From assembly GCA_030039715.1 (NCBI GenBank), contig JASHVA010000079.1:1-43061 (forward strand): a stretch of 43,061 nucleotides of DNA, in the 5' to 3' direction. The position numbers and the translations under genes are program-made. Shown here piece after piece: positions 33,012 to 40,508 of this stretch. Position 1 is the stretch's first letter. Each line of letters begins with the position of its first letter. The notes under the pieces are model-generated. The model did no database searches, had not been told where the DNA came from, and was given only the letters and a program-made list of their open reading frames with translations. The stretch comes from Thermoplasmata archaeon. Lineage in GTDB: Archaea; Thermoplasmatota; Thermoplasmata; Lutacidiplasmatales; UBA184.

Positions 33012-33662
33012 ATGAGCGAGCCGACCTACTCCTCCCCCGCGTCCGCCCCGGACCTCACGGGCCCGACCTCGATCGTCGACTGGCCGATCGCCTACGCCGG
33101 ACCGTCCCGGCGGCGACGCGCGCCGCCGTTCGGGCTCGTGCGCCTCGAGGTCGACCTTCGTCACGAGCGGCTCGAGGAACCGAGCGTCCCGGTCCTGCGC
33201 CAGTTCGAGCGGTTCCTCCGGGAGCGGGAGGTCGTCGGGCCGGCGGACCTCCTTCGGCTGAGCGCGGCGGCGCTCCACGCCTTCTCCGCGCGAGGATTCT
33301 CGCGCGTCGATCACTGGGAACTCCAGCCGGGCGGCTGGCTCCCGCTCCCCGAGCCGACGCACGCGAGCCTCGGCGAACCCGTCGGCCACTTGCTCCGCGC
33401 GCTCGCGAGTCCCGAGTGGAGCCGGTTCGCGGACGCGAGGGAGTTCTCGGTCCGGCTCTCGGGTCACGCCAAGGCACGGGCCGACCTCTCGGTCCGCCGG
33501 GTCCATCGGGAGCGGGGTCATTCGCTGACCGTCGACCTCCGAGGGACGATCTCGGTGAGCGAACTCGAGGCGCTGGTGCGCGCGCTTCGGGAGCGGCTGC
33601 CCGTCCTCCGCTCGGCGGTCACGGCGTTCGAGTATCGCCGGGCCGGCCCGCGAGGACGTTAG
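33012..33662 (+). CDS. Hypothetical protein, no recognised domain
   Basis: 216 aa with high third-position G+C and a balanced composition. Confidence 0.55.
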   Translation: MSEPTYSSPASAPDLTGPTSIVDWPIAYAGPSRRRRAPPFGLVRLEVDLRHERLEEPSVPVLRQFERFLREREVVGPADLLRLSAAALHAFSARGFSRVDHWELQPGGWLPLPEPTHASLGEPVGHLLRALASPEWSRFADAREFSVRLSGHAKARADLSVRRVHRERGHSLTVDLRGTISVSELEALVRALRERLPVLRSAVTAFEYRRAGPRGR

Positions 33663-33695
33663 ATAGTCCCGCTCTTCTCCGCCCGACAGCGATCG

Positions 33696-34427
33696 ATGGC
33701 GCGACCTCCCTCGATGATCCAGGTCCGCGAGCTCGACCAGAAGGGCGCGGGCCGGATCGGCCTCGGCGCGGGCCTCGGCCTCGCGGGAGCGATCGTCGCG
33801 ATCGTCGTCCCGGCGATCTTTCTCTTCATCGCGGCCGACCACCCGATCGGATTCCTCACGATCGACACCACGTTCATCCAGGTGAACAGCATCCTCGTCC
33901 TCGCCGGGGCGATCCTGCTCCTGCTCTCGTTGTTCTTCTACCGACGCAGCTTCTCGGCGCTCCGCCGCGTCGACCCGCGGTTCTACGTCGCCTCGGTCCT
34001 CTGCATCCTCGGCTCGCTCGGCTTCCTCCTCCTCTTGGTCGCCGCCGCGATCGTCGTCGGCGACTCCTCGAGCCTCCTGGCCTGCGTGAAGGGCTCGCCG
34101 AGCCACGCGCTCAGTTGCCTCGAGTCCGGCGAGCCGTTCGGCGCGGTCACCTCGATCCTCGGGTTTCTGCTGGGATGGATCGGGGGCGTCGGCATCATGA
34201 TCGGCCTGTTCATCGCGGGGAACCGGTTCCGCTCCGGCTCCCTCGGCGCGAGCGCGTTCTTCTACGGGCTGCTCCTGATCATCCTCCTGATCCCGCTCGC
34301 GTCGCTGTTCGTCTCGATCCCGTACGACAGCTATCTCCTGCTCCTCTCGCCGGTCTTCGCGCTCATCGCTCCGGGTCTTGCGCTCGGGGGCGCGGCCGCC
34401 ACGAGGGAGCGGCTCGTGCCGGTCTGA
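33696..34427 (+). CDS. Multi-pass (about 6 TM) membrane protein, hypothetical
   Basis: 243 aa with six long hydrophobic segments. FYRRSFSALRRVDPRF loop. The family is not confidently recognised. Confidence 0.7.
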   Translation: MARPPSMIQVRELDQKGAGRIGLGAGLGLAGAIVAIVVPAIFLFIAADHPIGFLTIDTTFIQVNSILVLAGAILLLLSLFFYRRSFSALRRVDPRFYVASVLCILGSLGFLLLLVAAAIVVGDSSSLLACVKGSPSHALSCLESGEPFGAVTSILGFLLGWIGGVGIMIGLFIAGNRFRSGSLGASAFFYGLLLIILLIPLASLFVSIPYDSYLLLLSPVFALIAPGLALGGAAATRERLVPV

Positions 34428-34436
34428 CCGGCGCCG

Positions 34437-34889
34437 TCAGCGGCGCACGACGACCTGGACCTCGGTACGGGACCAGGCCCTCGCGTCGCGCCACGGGTCG
34501 CGGTCGTAGAGCTCGCGGTACGCGCCGATCGACCGGATCGTCTTGTCGCGCTTCCGCCACCGGAGCCAGTCCGAGACGCCGTGGTAGACAACGGCTGGGG
34601 AGACGACGTCCGGGTCGAACACGACGCTGGCGACCGAGCAGGCGGGGAACGTTCGGACCCGGATCGGTCCCTCGGAGCGAGCGGGACCCCGGAGCTCGAT
34701 CGAGACCTCCCAGGTACGGGTGCCGGGCTCGCGGAAGATCCACCGGCCGGTCCGGAGGCCCCGGGCCCTCGCCCACTTCGCCACGCGACCGAACTCGGTA
34801 CGGATCCGTCGCTCGTTCCAGGGGCCCTTCCAGGAGAGGGAGGCAACGCGGTACGCGGGCGACTTCTTCCACTTGAAGTCGACGACCAT
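34437..34889 (-). CDS. GyrI-like small-molecule-binding domain protein
   Basis: 150 aa. The VASLSWKGPW...EFGRVAKWARARGL...WIFRE...WEVSIEL...VASVVF.G pattern is typical of the GyrI-like/SOUL fold. TCCTAAGAGC lies upstream. Confidence 0.7.
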   Translation of the reverse strand: MVVDFKWKKSPAYRVASLSWKGPWNERRIRTEFGRVAKWARARGLRTGRWIFREPGTRTWEVSIELRGPARSEGPIRVRTFPACSVASVVFDPDVVSPAVVYHGVSDWLRWRKRDKTIRSIGAYRELYDRDPWRDARAWSRTEVQVVVRR

Positions 34890-34987
34890 CTTCGACCCCG
34901 CTCACCCCGAGCACGTCCCGGCTCTTAGGAGGCACGTACGGCGGGGCGGGCGGGACGGGACCCGGTGCCCCGGGCCCCGGAAAGAGT

Positions 34988-35992
34988 TCACTCGGCGGCG
35001 GGAGCGAGGGCTTCGGGGTTCTCGGCGAGCGGGACGCTCGTGGAGTAGGCGGACGCCTTCCGCCGGTAGCCGATCTCGACATCGCTCCCGACCGGATAGC
35101 TCGACAGCGCGCCCACGAGGTCGCGCACGTTGCGGACCTCCTTCGGGCCGACGCGGGTGATCACGTCACCGGCCTTCAGCCCGGCCTTGTGGGCGGGCGA
35201 GCGCGGGGCGACCTCGCCGACGAGCAGGCCGGAGTTGACCTCGAGCCCGTAGCGCAGGGCGACCTCGGGGCGGAGCTCGGCCACCGTCACGCCCATCCAG
35301 GGACGCACGATCCGCCCCTTCGACCGGAGCTCGTCGGCGATCCGGGCGACGGCGTGGATCGGGATCGCGAACCCGACGCCCTGGGCGAACGGCACCATGG
35401 CGGTGTTCACTCCGACGACCGATCCCGAGAGGTCGACCAGCGGACCGCCGGAGTTGCCGGGGTTGATCGCGGCGTCGGTCTGGATCAGCCCTTCGAACAC
35501 GAAGTCGGAGCCCGGCAGGGGCCGCCCGAGCGCGCTCACGACGCCGGTCGAGACGGTCGGCCCACCGGGCAGTCCGAGCGCGTTGCCGATCGCGAGCACG
35601 ATCTGCCCGACCCGCAGCTCCTCGGAGCGGCCGAGCCGCGTCGCGGGGAGCCCGGCGGCGTCGACCTTCACGAGCGCGAGGTCGGTCACCGGGTCGCCCC
35701 CGACGACCTCCCCGCCGAGCTCTCGTCCGTCGGCGAGCTCGACGCGCAACTGCGCGGCGCCGTCAACGACGTGCTGGTTGGTCACGAGGTACCCCGCCGG
35801 ATCGATCACGAAGGCGGACGCCTGCGACTGGGCCCCGAACGGGCCGCCCCAGCGACCGCGGCGGACGAGCCGAAGGCTCTCGACGGAGGCGACCGCCGGT
35901 CCGACCGAGTCGACCGCCGAGGTGATCCGTGCCTCGAGCTCGGTGAGCGCCACGGGCGTCACTCCGCCGCGCTCCGCGCGCGCGGTGGCCAC
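34988..35992 (-). CDS. HtrA/DegP-like trypsin-fold serine protease with a C-terminal PDZ domain
   Basis: TNQHVV (His), DLALVKV (Asp), GNSGGPLVDLSG (Ser), then a PDZ domain (GLLVGEV...SPAHKAGLKAGDVI). GTG start, no obvious signal peptide. Confidence 0.9.
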   Translation of the reverse strand: MATARAERGGVTPVALTELEARITSAVDSVGPAVASVESLRLVRRGRWGGPFGAQSQASAFVIDPAGYLVTNQHVVDGAAQLRVELADGRELGGEVVGGDPVTDLALVKVDAAGLPATRLGRSEELRVGQIVLAIGNALGLPGGPTVSTGVVSALGRPLPGSDFVFEGLIQTDAAINPGNSGGPLVDLSGSVVGVNTAMVPFAQGVGFAIPIHAVARIADELRSKGRIVRPWMGVTVAELRPEVALRYGLEVNSGLLVGEVAPRSPAHKAGLKAGDVITRVGPKEVRNVRDLVGALSSYPVGSDVEIGYRRKASAYSTSVPLAENPEALAPAAE

Positions 35993-36065
35993 GGAAGGCT
36001 CGGCTGGGGCCCGACCGGAGGAGAGGCCGGGATCGGTTCGAACCCGGGCATCGAGGACATCGCAC

Positions 36066-36317
36066 TCACTCCTCGAGGAGCGACTCGAGCTTCGCGTAGA
36101 GCTGCTCGAGCTCCTTCTCCTTCTTCCGGCCGCCCTCCCACCGGGCGTTGACGATCTCCACGAGGACGTCCGCGACCTTGTCGAGCCACGGGCCCTCCTG
36201 GGCGTCGAAGCGCTTCTTCAGCTTCTCCCGGAGCAGCTCGTTGTGCGCCCGGTAGGCGGTCCAGACCCACGGACCGTAGTGGTTTCGTCCCTCTCCGTCT
36301 TCGCTCAGATGCGTCAT
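36066..36317 (-). CDS. Small helical hypothetical protein upstream of htrA-like gene
   Basis: 83 aa, charged and helical (ELLREKLKKRFDAQEG...KKEKELEQLYAKLESLLEE). Same strand as the protease, 73 nt upstream of it. Confidence 0.6.
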   Translation of the reverse strand: MTHLSEDGEGRNHYGPWVWTAYRAHNELLREKLKKRFDAQEGPWLDKVADVLVEIVNARWEGGRKKEKELEQLYAKLESLLEE

Positions 36318-36330
36318 CGTCTCACTGCTT

Positions 36331-36345
36331 GGAACCGTCGGTTCC
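36331..36345. promoter_or_regulatory. Perfect 7-1-7 palindrome GGAACCGTCGGTTCC (operator candidate)
   Basis: Lies 14 nt upstream of ATG 36317, in the divergent spacer shared with the winged-helix regulator gene at 36486. A reverse-strand A/T patch (36372-36379) would place it just downstream of the transcription start. Confidence 0.35.
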
Positions 36346-36455
36346 GTGGGAGGTCACGGTCCGCCCGAGGATATTGAGCGGGTCGAACGCCGACCGGTCA
36401 CACTCCGCCCCACCCTCCGCCCGGCGGCACTTGGTGGCGGACCCGTTACCTGTCG

Positions 36456-36462
36456 GTTAAAT
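36456..36462 (+). promoter_or_regulatory. TATA box candidate for the regulator gene
   Basis: GTTAAAT centred 27 nt upstream of ATG 36486. Confidence 0.45.
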
Positions 36463-36485
36463 CGGCCGCCCCCGATAACGGTCCG

Positions 36486-37100
36486 ATGGAGCGGCCGCAG
36501 AACGCCGATGCGACTTCGCCGAGCGGCCGGCTCGACGACCGGGTGTTGGTCGCGCTCCAGCGACTGAACGGCCGGATCGCGTTCAACGGACTGCGGCGGA
36601 CGCTCGGCGCCCACCCGGAGTCCTTGTCGCGCGCCCTCCACCGGCTCGAGCGCGAGGGGCTCGTCGAGCACAGCGCCGGCGGCTACCGCGCTCTCCTGGA
36701 CGCGCCGAAGGTCGACCCCGCGAGCGCGATGTCGCTCCGGCCGATCGCGCACGTGCGCATTCCGGTCGGGAGCGTGCCCGAGTCGGTCCTCGCCCGCCTC
36801 TCGGGCCGGTGGTTCGGCAACCTCCGATGGGTCGGCGTGATCGACCGACCGTCCCAGCGGCTGTTCGTGTGGGCGCGCCGCGACGGCTCGGGATACGTGA
36901 TGCTGGGCATCCACGGCGGCAGCCTGCGAGTCTACGTCCCCGAGAGCCCCCGGGACCCGGACCCCGCGGAAGCGGAGGACGCCGCCTACGAGCTCCTCGG
37001 CCACGCGGTCGGAGCGCTCCGACCGACGAGCCGCGACGACGACCTCGTGATGCTCCGCGCCGACCCGGTCGCGACGGAGGCTCCGGCAGCGGACAACTAG
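36486..37100 (+). CDS. Winged-helix (ArsR/MarR/TrmB-like) DNA-binding protein with an uncharacterised C-terminal domain
   Basis: VLVALQRLNGRIAFNGLRRTLGAHPESLSRALHRLEREGLVEH is a typical wHTH. 204 aa. Confidence 0.65.
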   Translation: MERPQNADATSPSGRLDDRVLVALQRLNGRIAFNGLRRTLGAHPESLSRALHRLEREGLVEHSAGGYRALLDAPKVDPASAMSLRPIAHVRIPVGSVPESVLARLSGRWFGNLRWVGVIDRPSQRLFVWARRDGSGYVMLGIHGGSLRVYVPESPRDPDPAEAEDAAYELLGHAVGALRPTSRDDDLVMLRADPVATEAPAADN

Positions 37101-37110
37101 GGTCGGTCGC

Positions 37111-37584
37111 CTAGAGTGCGGCCCCGCACGTCGGACAGCGGCCGTCGACCTCGTTGCCGAGCGAGCCGCAGTAGCGGCACCGGATCTTCACGACCTGGCG
37201 CTCGATCGTGTGCATGACGACCGGCGCCGCGCCGGGGGTCGGCATCGAGTGCTTCGCGGTGGCGATCGCGGCGACCCAGGCGTCGGGGTCGAGCACGTCG
37301 AACGCCGGCCGACCCGCGACGAGTTCGAGCTGCAGGCGCGGGCGGCCAACCCGACCCTTTCGGACCGCGGCGTTCCGCACGTGCGAGAGCGGCGTCTCGA
37401 GCACGGTCACCGTTTCCTTCCCCCGGACGAGGCCGCGGACGAGTCCCTGCGAGACGTTCGTCTCGAACACCAGCCGGTGCGTCGTGAGGTAGAGCACTCC
37501 GGGCCCCCGGTACGACTCGGGTCCGTAGTTCTCGATCACCGCGTACGAGCTGCGGAGCTTGCTCTCTCCCGGGTGCAGCAGCAT
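37111..37584 (-). CDS. GRAM/PH-like domain protein with a C-terminal zinc ribbon; hypothetical
   Basis: GVLYLTTHRLVFE is typical of the GRAM/bacterial PH fold. The C-terminus has CRYCG-x10-CPTCG. Confidence 0.6.
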   Translation of the reverse strand: MLLHPGESKLRSSYAVIENYGPESYRGPGVLYLTTHRLVFETNVSQGLVRGLVRGKETVTVLETPLSHVRNAAVRKGRVGRPRLQLELVAGRPAFDVLDPDAWVAAIATAKHSMPTPGAAPVVMHTIERQVVKIRCRYCGSLGNEVDGRCPTCGAAL

Positions 37585-37651
37585 TCGGCGCTCGCTAGAC
37601 CACCCGCGGACCCCTTAAGAGCGTGGCCGCGCGCGCGGCCCGCGGAGTCGC

Positions 37652-39394
37652 CTACCACCCGACCGGCACCCCCCGGTTCCGCTCGTCGAGCCAGCGCTTC
37701 AGCGGGGCGAAGTACTCGAGCATCCCGTCGGCGCTCATCCGCCGCTCCCCGGTGAGGGCCTCGAGGGCGTCCGGCCACTCCCGGCTCGCGCCCATCTCGA
37801 GCATCGCGCGGAGCCGGTCCCCGGCGACCCTGGACCCGTAGATCGAGGCCCGGTGGAGGGGGCCGGAGTCGGCGGTGGCTCGGGCGAGCGCCCGATGGAA
37901 CTGGAACTGCAGGATGTGGGCGAGGAAGTAGCGCATGTACGGCACGTTCGCGGGCACGTGGTACTTCGCCCCCGGGTCGAACTCCTCCTCGCCGCGGGGC
38001 CGACCGGGCGCCACCCCCTGGTAGCGGCGACGGACCTCCCACCAGCTCGAGTTGTACTCCGAGGGGCCGACCTCCCCCGAGAAGACCTGCCATCGCCACG
38101 CGTCGACCGCGAGTCCGAACGGGAGGAATGCGATCTTCTCGAGCGCCCGCTCGAGGAGGAGCCCGACGTCGTCGGCGAACCGCGCTCCGTCCGGGGCGAG
38201 CCCGATCCTTCGGAGGTATTCCGGCGTGACGGAGAGCGCCACCGTGTCGCCGACCGCCTCGTGGAACCCGTCGTGCGCGCTCTCCCGGAAGAGGAACGGC
38301 AGGCGGCCGTAGGCGCGCTGGTAGTAGTTGTGCCCGAGCTCGTGGTGGATCGTTTGGAAGTCCTCGCCGGTCACCTCGATGCACATCTTGATCCGCAGAT
38401 CGTCGACGAAATCGAGGTCCCAGGCGCTCGCGTGACAGACGACCTCCCGGTCCCGGGGTCGCGTCAGCATCGAGCGTTCCCAGAACGTCGCGGGAAGCGG
38501 CGGGAGGCCGAGCGACACGAAGAACCGCTCGGCGTAGCGCACCATCTCCTCCGCGCTCGTCTTGCGCTCGGTCAGGGCGCCGGTGAGGTCGAAGTACTCG
38601 CCGCCGTCGGGCGGGGCGAGGAGGGGGTAGACCTTCTCCCACGACTGGGCCCACATGTCCCCGAGCAGGTGCGCCGGGATCGGGCCGTCCGAAGGAACGC
38701 GTTCGTCGCCGTACGCCGCGCGCAACCGCGCCCGCGTGTAGGCGTGGAGCGAGACGTAGAGCGGACGGACCTCGCTCCAGAGGCGCTCGACCTCCCGAGC
38801 GAACTCGGCCGGGTCCATGTCGTACTTCGAGCGCCACATCGCGCCCGTGTCCGGGAAGCCGAGCTCGCGCGACCCGCGGTTCGCGAGCTCGACGTACCGG
38901 GTGAACTCCGATCGAACTCCTCGGCCGACGCGGTGCCATCCGGCCCAGGCGTCTTCGAGCACCTCGGGGTCCCGGCTGGTGTAGAGGATGCGGGAGAGCC
39001 CCTGCACGTCGAGGGCGTCGGAGCCCCCGCGGGGCGTGTACCGGCCCCGGGAGTAGGTCCCTTGCATCGACGCGACGAGACGAGTCAGCTCTCTCGACTC
39101 GGCCGGGTCGGCCGGGGCGCAGACCGGGAGGAACTGGCGGAGGAGTACGAGCTTGCGCGCCGAGTCCGGACTCATCGCCACCCCCGCGAACCGGCGGGAC
39201 TCCTTCGCCAGCGCCACCGTGAGGTCGATCACGCGCGCGTTGGCTCGGGCCGCGAGTGCTTCGCTGTCGGGGTTGATGTACGTCGCGAACACCCAGTCGG
39301 CCTGCTGGGCCTCGCAGCTCCGATCGAGAAGCTCCGACTCGGCTCGGTGGAGGAACGCCTCGAGCTCGGAGCTCGCCGGGAGTTCGACGTCCAT
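37652..39394 (-). CDS. M2-family peptidyl-dipeptidase A (angiotensin-converting-enzyme-like), no signal peptide
   Basis: TIHHELGHNYYQRAYGRLPFLFRESAHDGFHEAVGDTVALS reproduces the ACE HHEMGH...GFHEAIGD..ALS zinc site. ATG 39394 lies 27 nt downstream of the reverse-strand GTTAAG. 580 aa. Confidence 0.9.
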   Translation of the reverse strand: MDVELPASSELEAFLHRAESELLDRSCEAQQADWVFATYINPDSEALAARANARVIDLTVALAKESRRFAGVAMSPDSARKLVLLRQFLPVCAPADPAESRELTRLVASMQGTYSRGRYTPRGGSDALDVQGLSRILYTSRDPEVLEDAWAGWHRVGRGVRSEFTRYVELANRGSRELGFPDTGAMWRSKYDMDPAEFAREVERLWSEVRPLYVSLHAYTRARLRAAYGDERVPSDGPIPAHLLGDMWAQSWEKVYPLLAPPDGGEYFDLTGALTERKTSAEEMVRYAERFFVSLGLPPLPATFWERSMLTRPRDREVVCHASAWDLDFVDDLRIKMCIEVTGEDFQTIHHELGHNYYQRAYGRLPFLFRESAHDGFHEAVGDTVALSVTPEYLRRIGLAPDGARFADDVGLLLERALEKIAFLPFGLAVDAWRWQVFSGEVGPSEYNSSWWEVRRRYQGVAPGRPRGEEEFDPGAKYHVPANVPYMRYFLAHILQFQFHRALARATADSGPLHRASIYGSRVAGDRLRAMLEMGASREWPDALEALTGERRMSADGMLEYFAPLKRWLDERNRGVPVGW

Positions 39395-39418
39395 TCTCCC
39401 CCCCGAAGCAGGATCCGC

Positions 39419-39424
39419 CTTAAC
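39419..39424 (-). promoter_or_regulatory. TATA box candidate for the M2 peptidase gene
   Basis: GTTAAG on the reverse strand, centred 27 nt upstream of ATG 39394. Confidence 0.4.
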
Positions 39425-39598
39425 GCCCCCGCGACCGGACCGCGGTCCGACGGTCCGGTCAGCGGGTTGTCCGCCACCCGTCCCTCTCGTGGAACGGGGG
39501 CCGGACCCCTCCGCTTCCACTCCAAGCTCGGGGTTTATGTACGACGGGCGTCTGACACCCCCAGAGAGACGGTGTCGGACACGTCCGATTCCCGCGAG

Positions 39599-39733
39599 AT
39601 GCTCGCCGCGGCCCCCATCGGAAGCTGGGGGGTCGACGGGACCCGGTATCCCCTCGCCATGATCCCGTGCCTCGGTCCCCGATACGACCGGAACGGTTTC
39701 CCGACCTACCCGGGCCGGTCCGAGGACGAATGA
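39599..39733 (+). CDS. Small hypothetical protein (44 aa; alternative GTG 39572), not resolved by the ORF track
   Basis: MLAAAPIGSWGVDGTRYPLAMIPCLGPRYDRNGFPTYPGRSEDE. Third-position G+C is much higher in this frame than in the tracked 39667 frame over the same nucleotides. It is the in-frame tail of the antisense track ORF 37853..39733. Confidence 0.35.
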   Translation: MLAAAPIGSWGVDGTRYPLAMIPCLGPRYDRNGFPTYPGRSEDE

Positions 39734-39957
39734 GCGGAGCGCTGCGCAAGCTGCCTCCGGCTTCGCGCGAACTGCCCGCCGCCCCCTCGGCGGTGGAGCC
39801 GAAGCTGTTCCTGGGCCAAGCGACGCCCCGGGGCTACGGAGTTCGACCGAAGCTCTCGCCCGAAGCCGCCGCTGCGTTCGCGACCTACGTCGATTCCGCC
39901 CGAGCCCGGGCGGCGGTCGAGGGCCGCACGCTCGTCTACACGGTGCGCTGGGGCTAG
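39730..39957 (+). CDS. Small hypothetical protein (75 aa), start overlapping the upstream stop (ATGA)
   Basis: MSGALRKLPPASRELPAAPSAVEPKLFLGQATPRGYGVRPKLSPEAAAAFATYVDSARARAAVEGRTLVYTVRWG, with high third-position G+C. It is the internal ATG of track ORF 39667..39957. Confidence 0.45.
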   Translation: MSGALRKLPPASRELPAAPSAVEPKLFLGQATPRGYGVRPKLSPEAAAAFATYVDSARARAAVEGRTLVYTVRWG

Positions 39958-40499
39958 GCCTCGCCCTCGTTCCCGCCGTCGAGCGACTCGTCCAATCGCG
40001 GCGCGACGGTCTCCGGGGCGAGCCGTCGGGCGCGGGGCCGCGCCTCTTCGAGCGCGAGCTTCGAGAGCTCGTCGGCCCGAACGTTCTCGGTCCGGGGCAC
40101 CCACTCCCAGTCGACCCGGGCGAACTCTCGGGCCAGCCGGGCGAGCCACTCGTGGTAGGCGTGCAGATGCTCGGTCCGGACCTGGTACTCTCCCTGCATC
40201 TGCCGGATCACGAGCTGACTGTCCCCGATCACCACGACCGGACCCCGGAATCCGAGGGCCCGCAGCCGCTCGAGCGCGCTCGTCGCGGCGACGTACTCGG
40301 CGACGTTGTTCGTCGAGCGTTCGGAGAACGGCGGCGCCGCGAGGCCCCGCCCCTCCTCGTAGAGCCCCTCTCCCTCGAGGGTGTAGCCGTAGGTGGCGAT
40401 CCCTGGGCCCTTGGGAGGTTGGCACGCCCCGTCGAAGTGGACGCGCACGGCGCCCCCTCCCACCGTGGCGACCCCCCGCGGCAGCGCGTCGTCTCCCAT
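39954..40499 (-). CDS. rnhA: Ribonuclease HI (type 1 RNase H, archaeal short form)
   Basis: HFDGAC (Asp), NNVAEY (Glu), VIGDSQLVIRQM (Asp), and RTENVRADELS (Asp). Confidence 0.88.
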   Translation of the reverse strand: MGDDALPRGVATVGGGAVRVHFDGACQPPKGPGIATYGYTLEGEGLYEEGRGLAAPPFSERSTNNVAEYVAATSALERLRALGFRGPVVVIGDSQLVIRQMQGEYQVRTEHLHAYHEWLARLAREFARVDWEWVPRTENVRADELSKLALEEARPRARRLAPETVAPRLDESLDGGNEGEA

Positions 40500-40508
40500 C
40501 GATCTCTC

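Noticed and set aside
2104-39733. Many long ORFs in the track lie antisense to, or out of frame with, the genes called above. Examples: 2104..4017(-), 6637..8013(-), 9148..11253(-), 15906..17468(-), 20844..22805(-), 23470..25155(-), 26257..27993(-), 32970..34106(-), 37853..39733(+), 10212..11417(+).
   Set aside because: Their translations are monotonous Arg/Pro/Gly/Ala (or Asp/Glu/Arg) strings with no motifs. Each overlaps an ORF with clear family signatures and strong third-position G+C. Long spurious ORFs are expected in very G+C-rich DNA because stop codons are rare.
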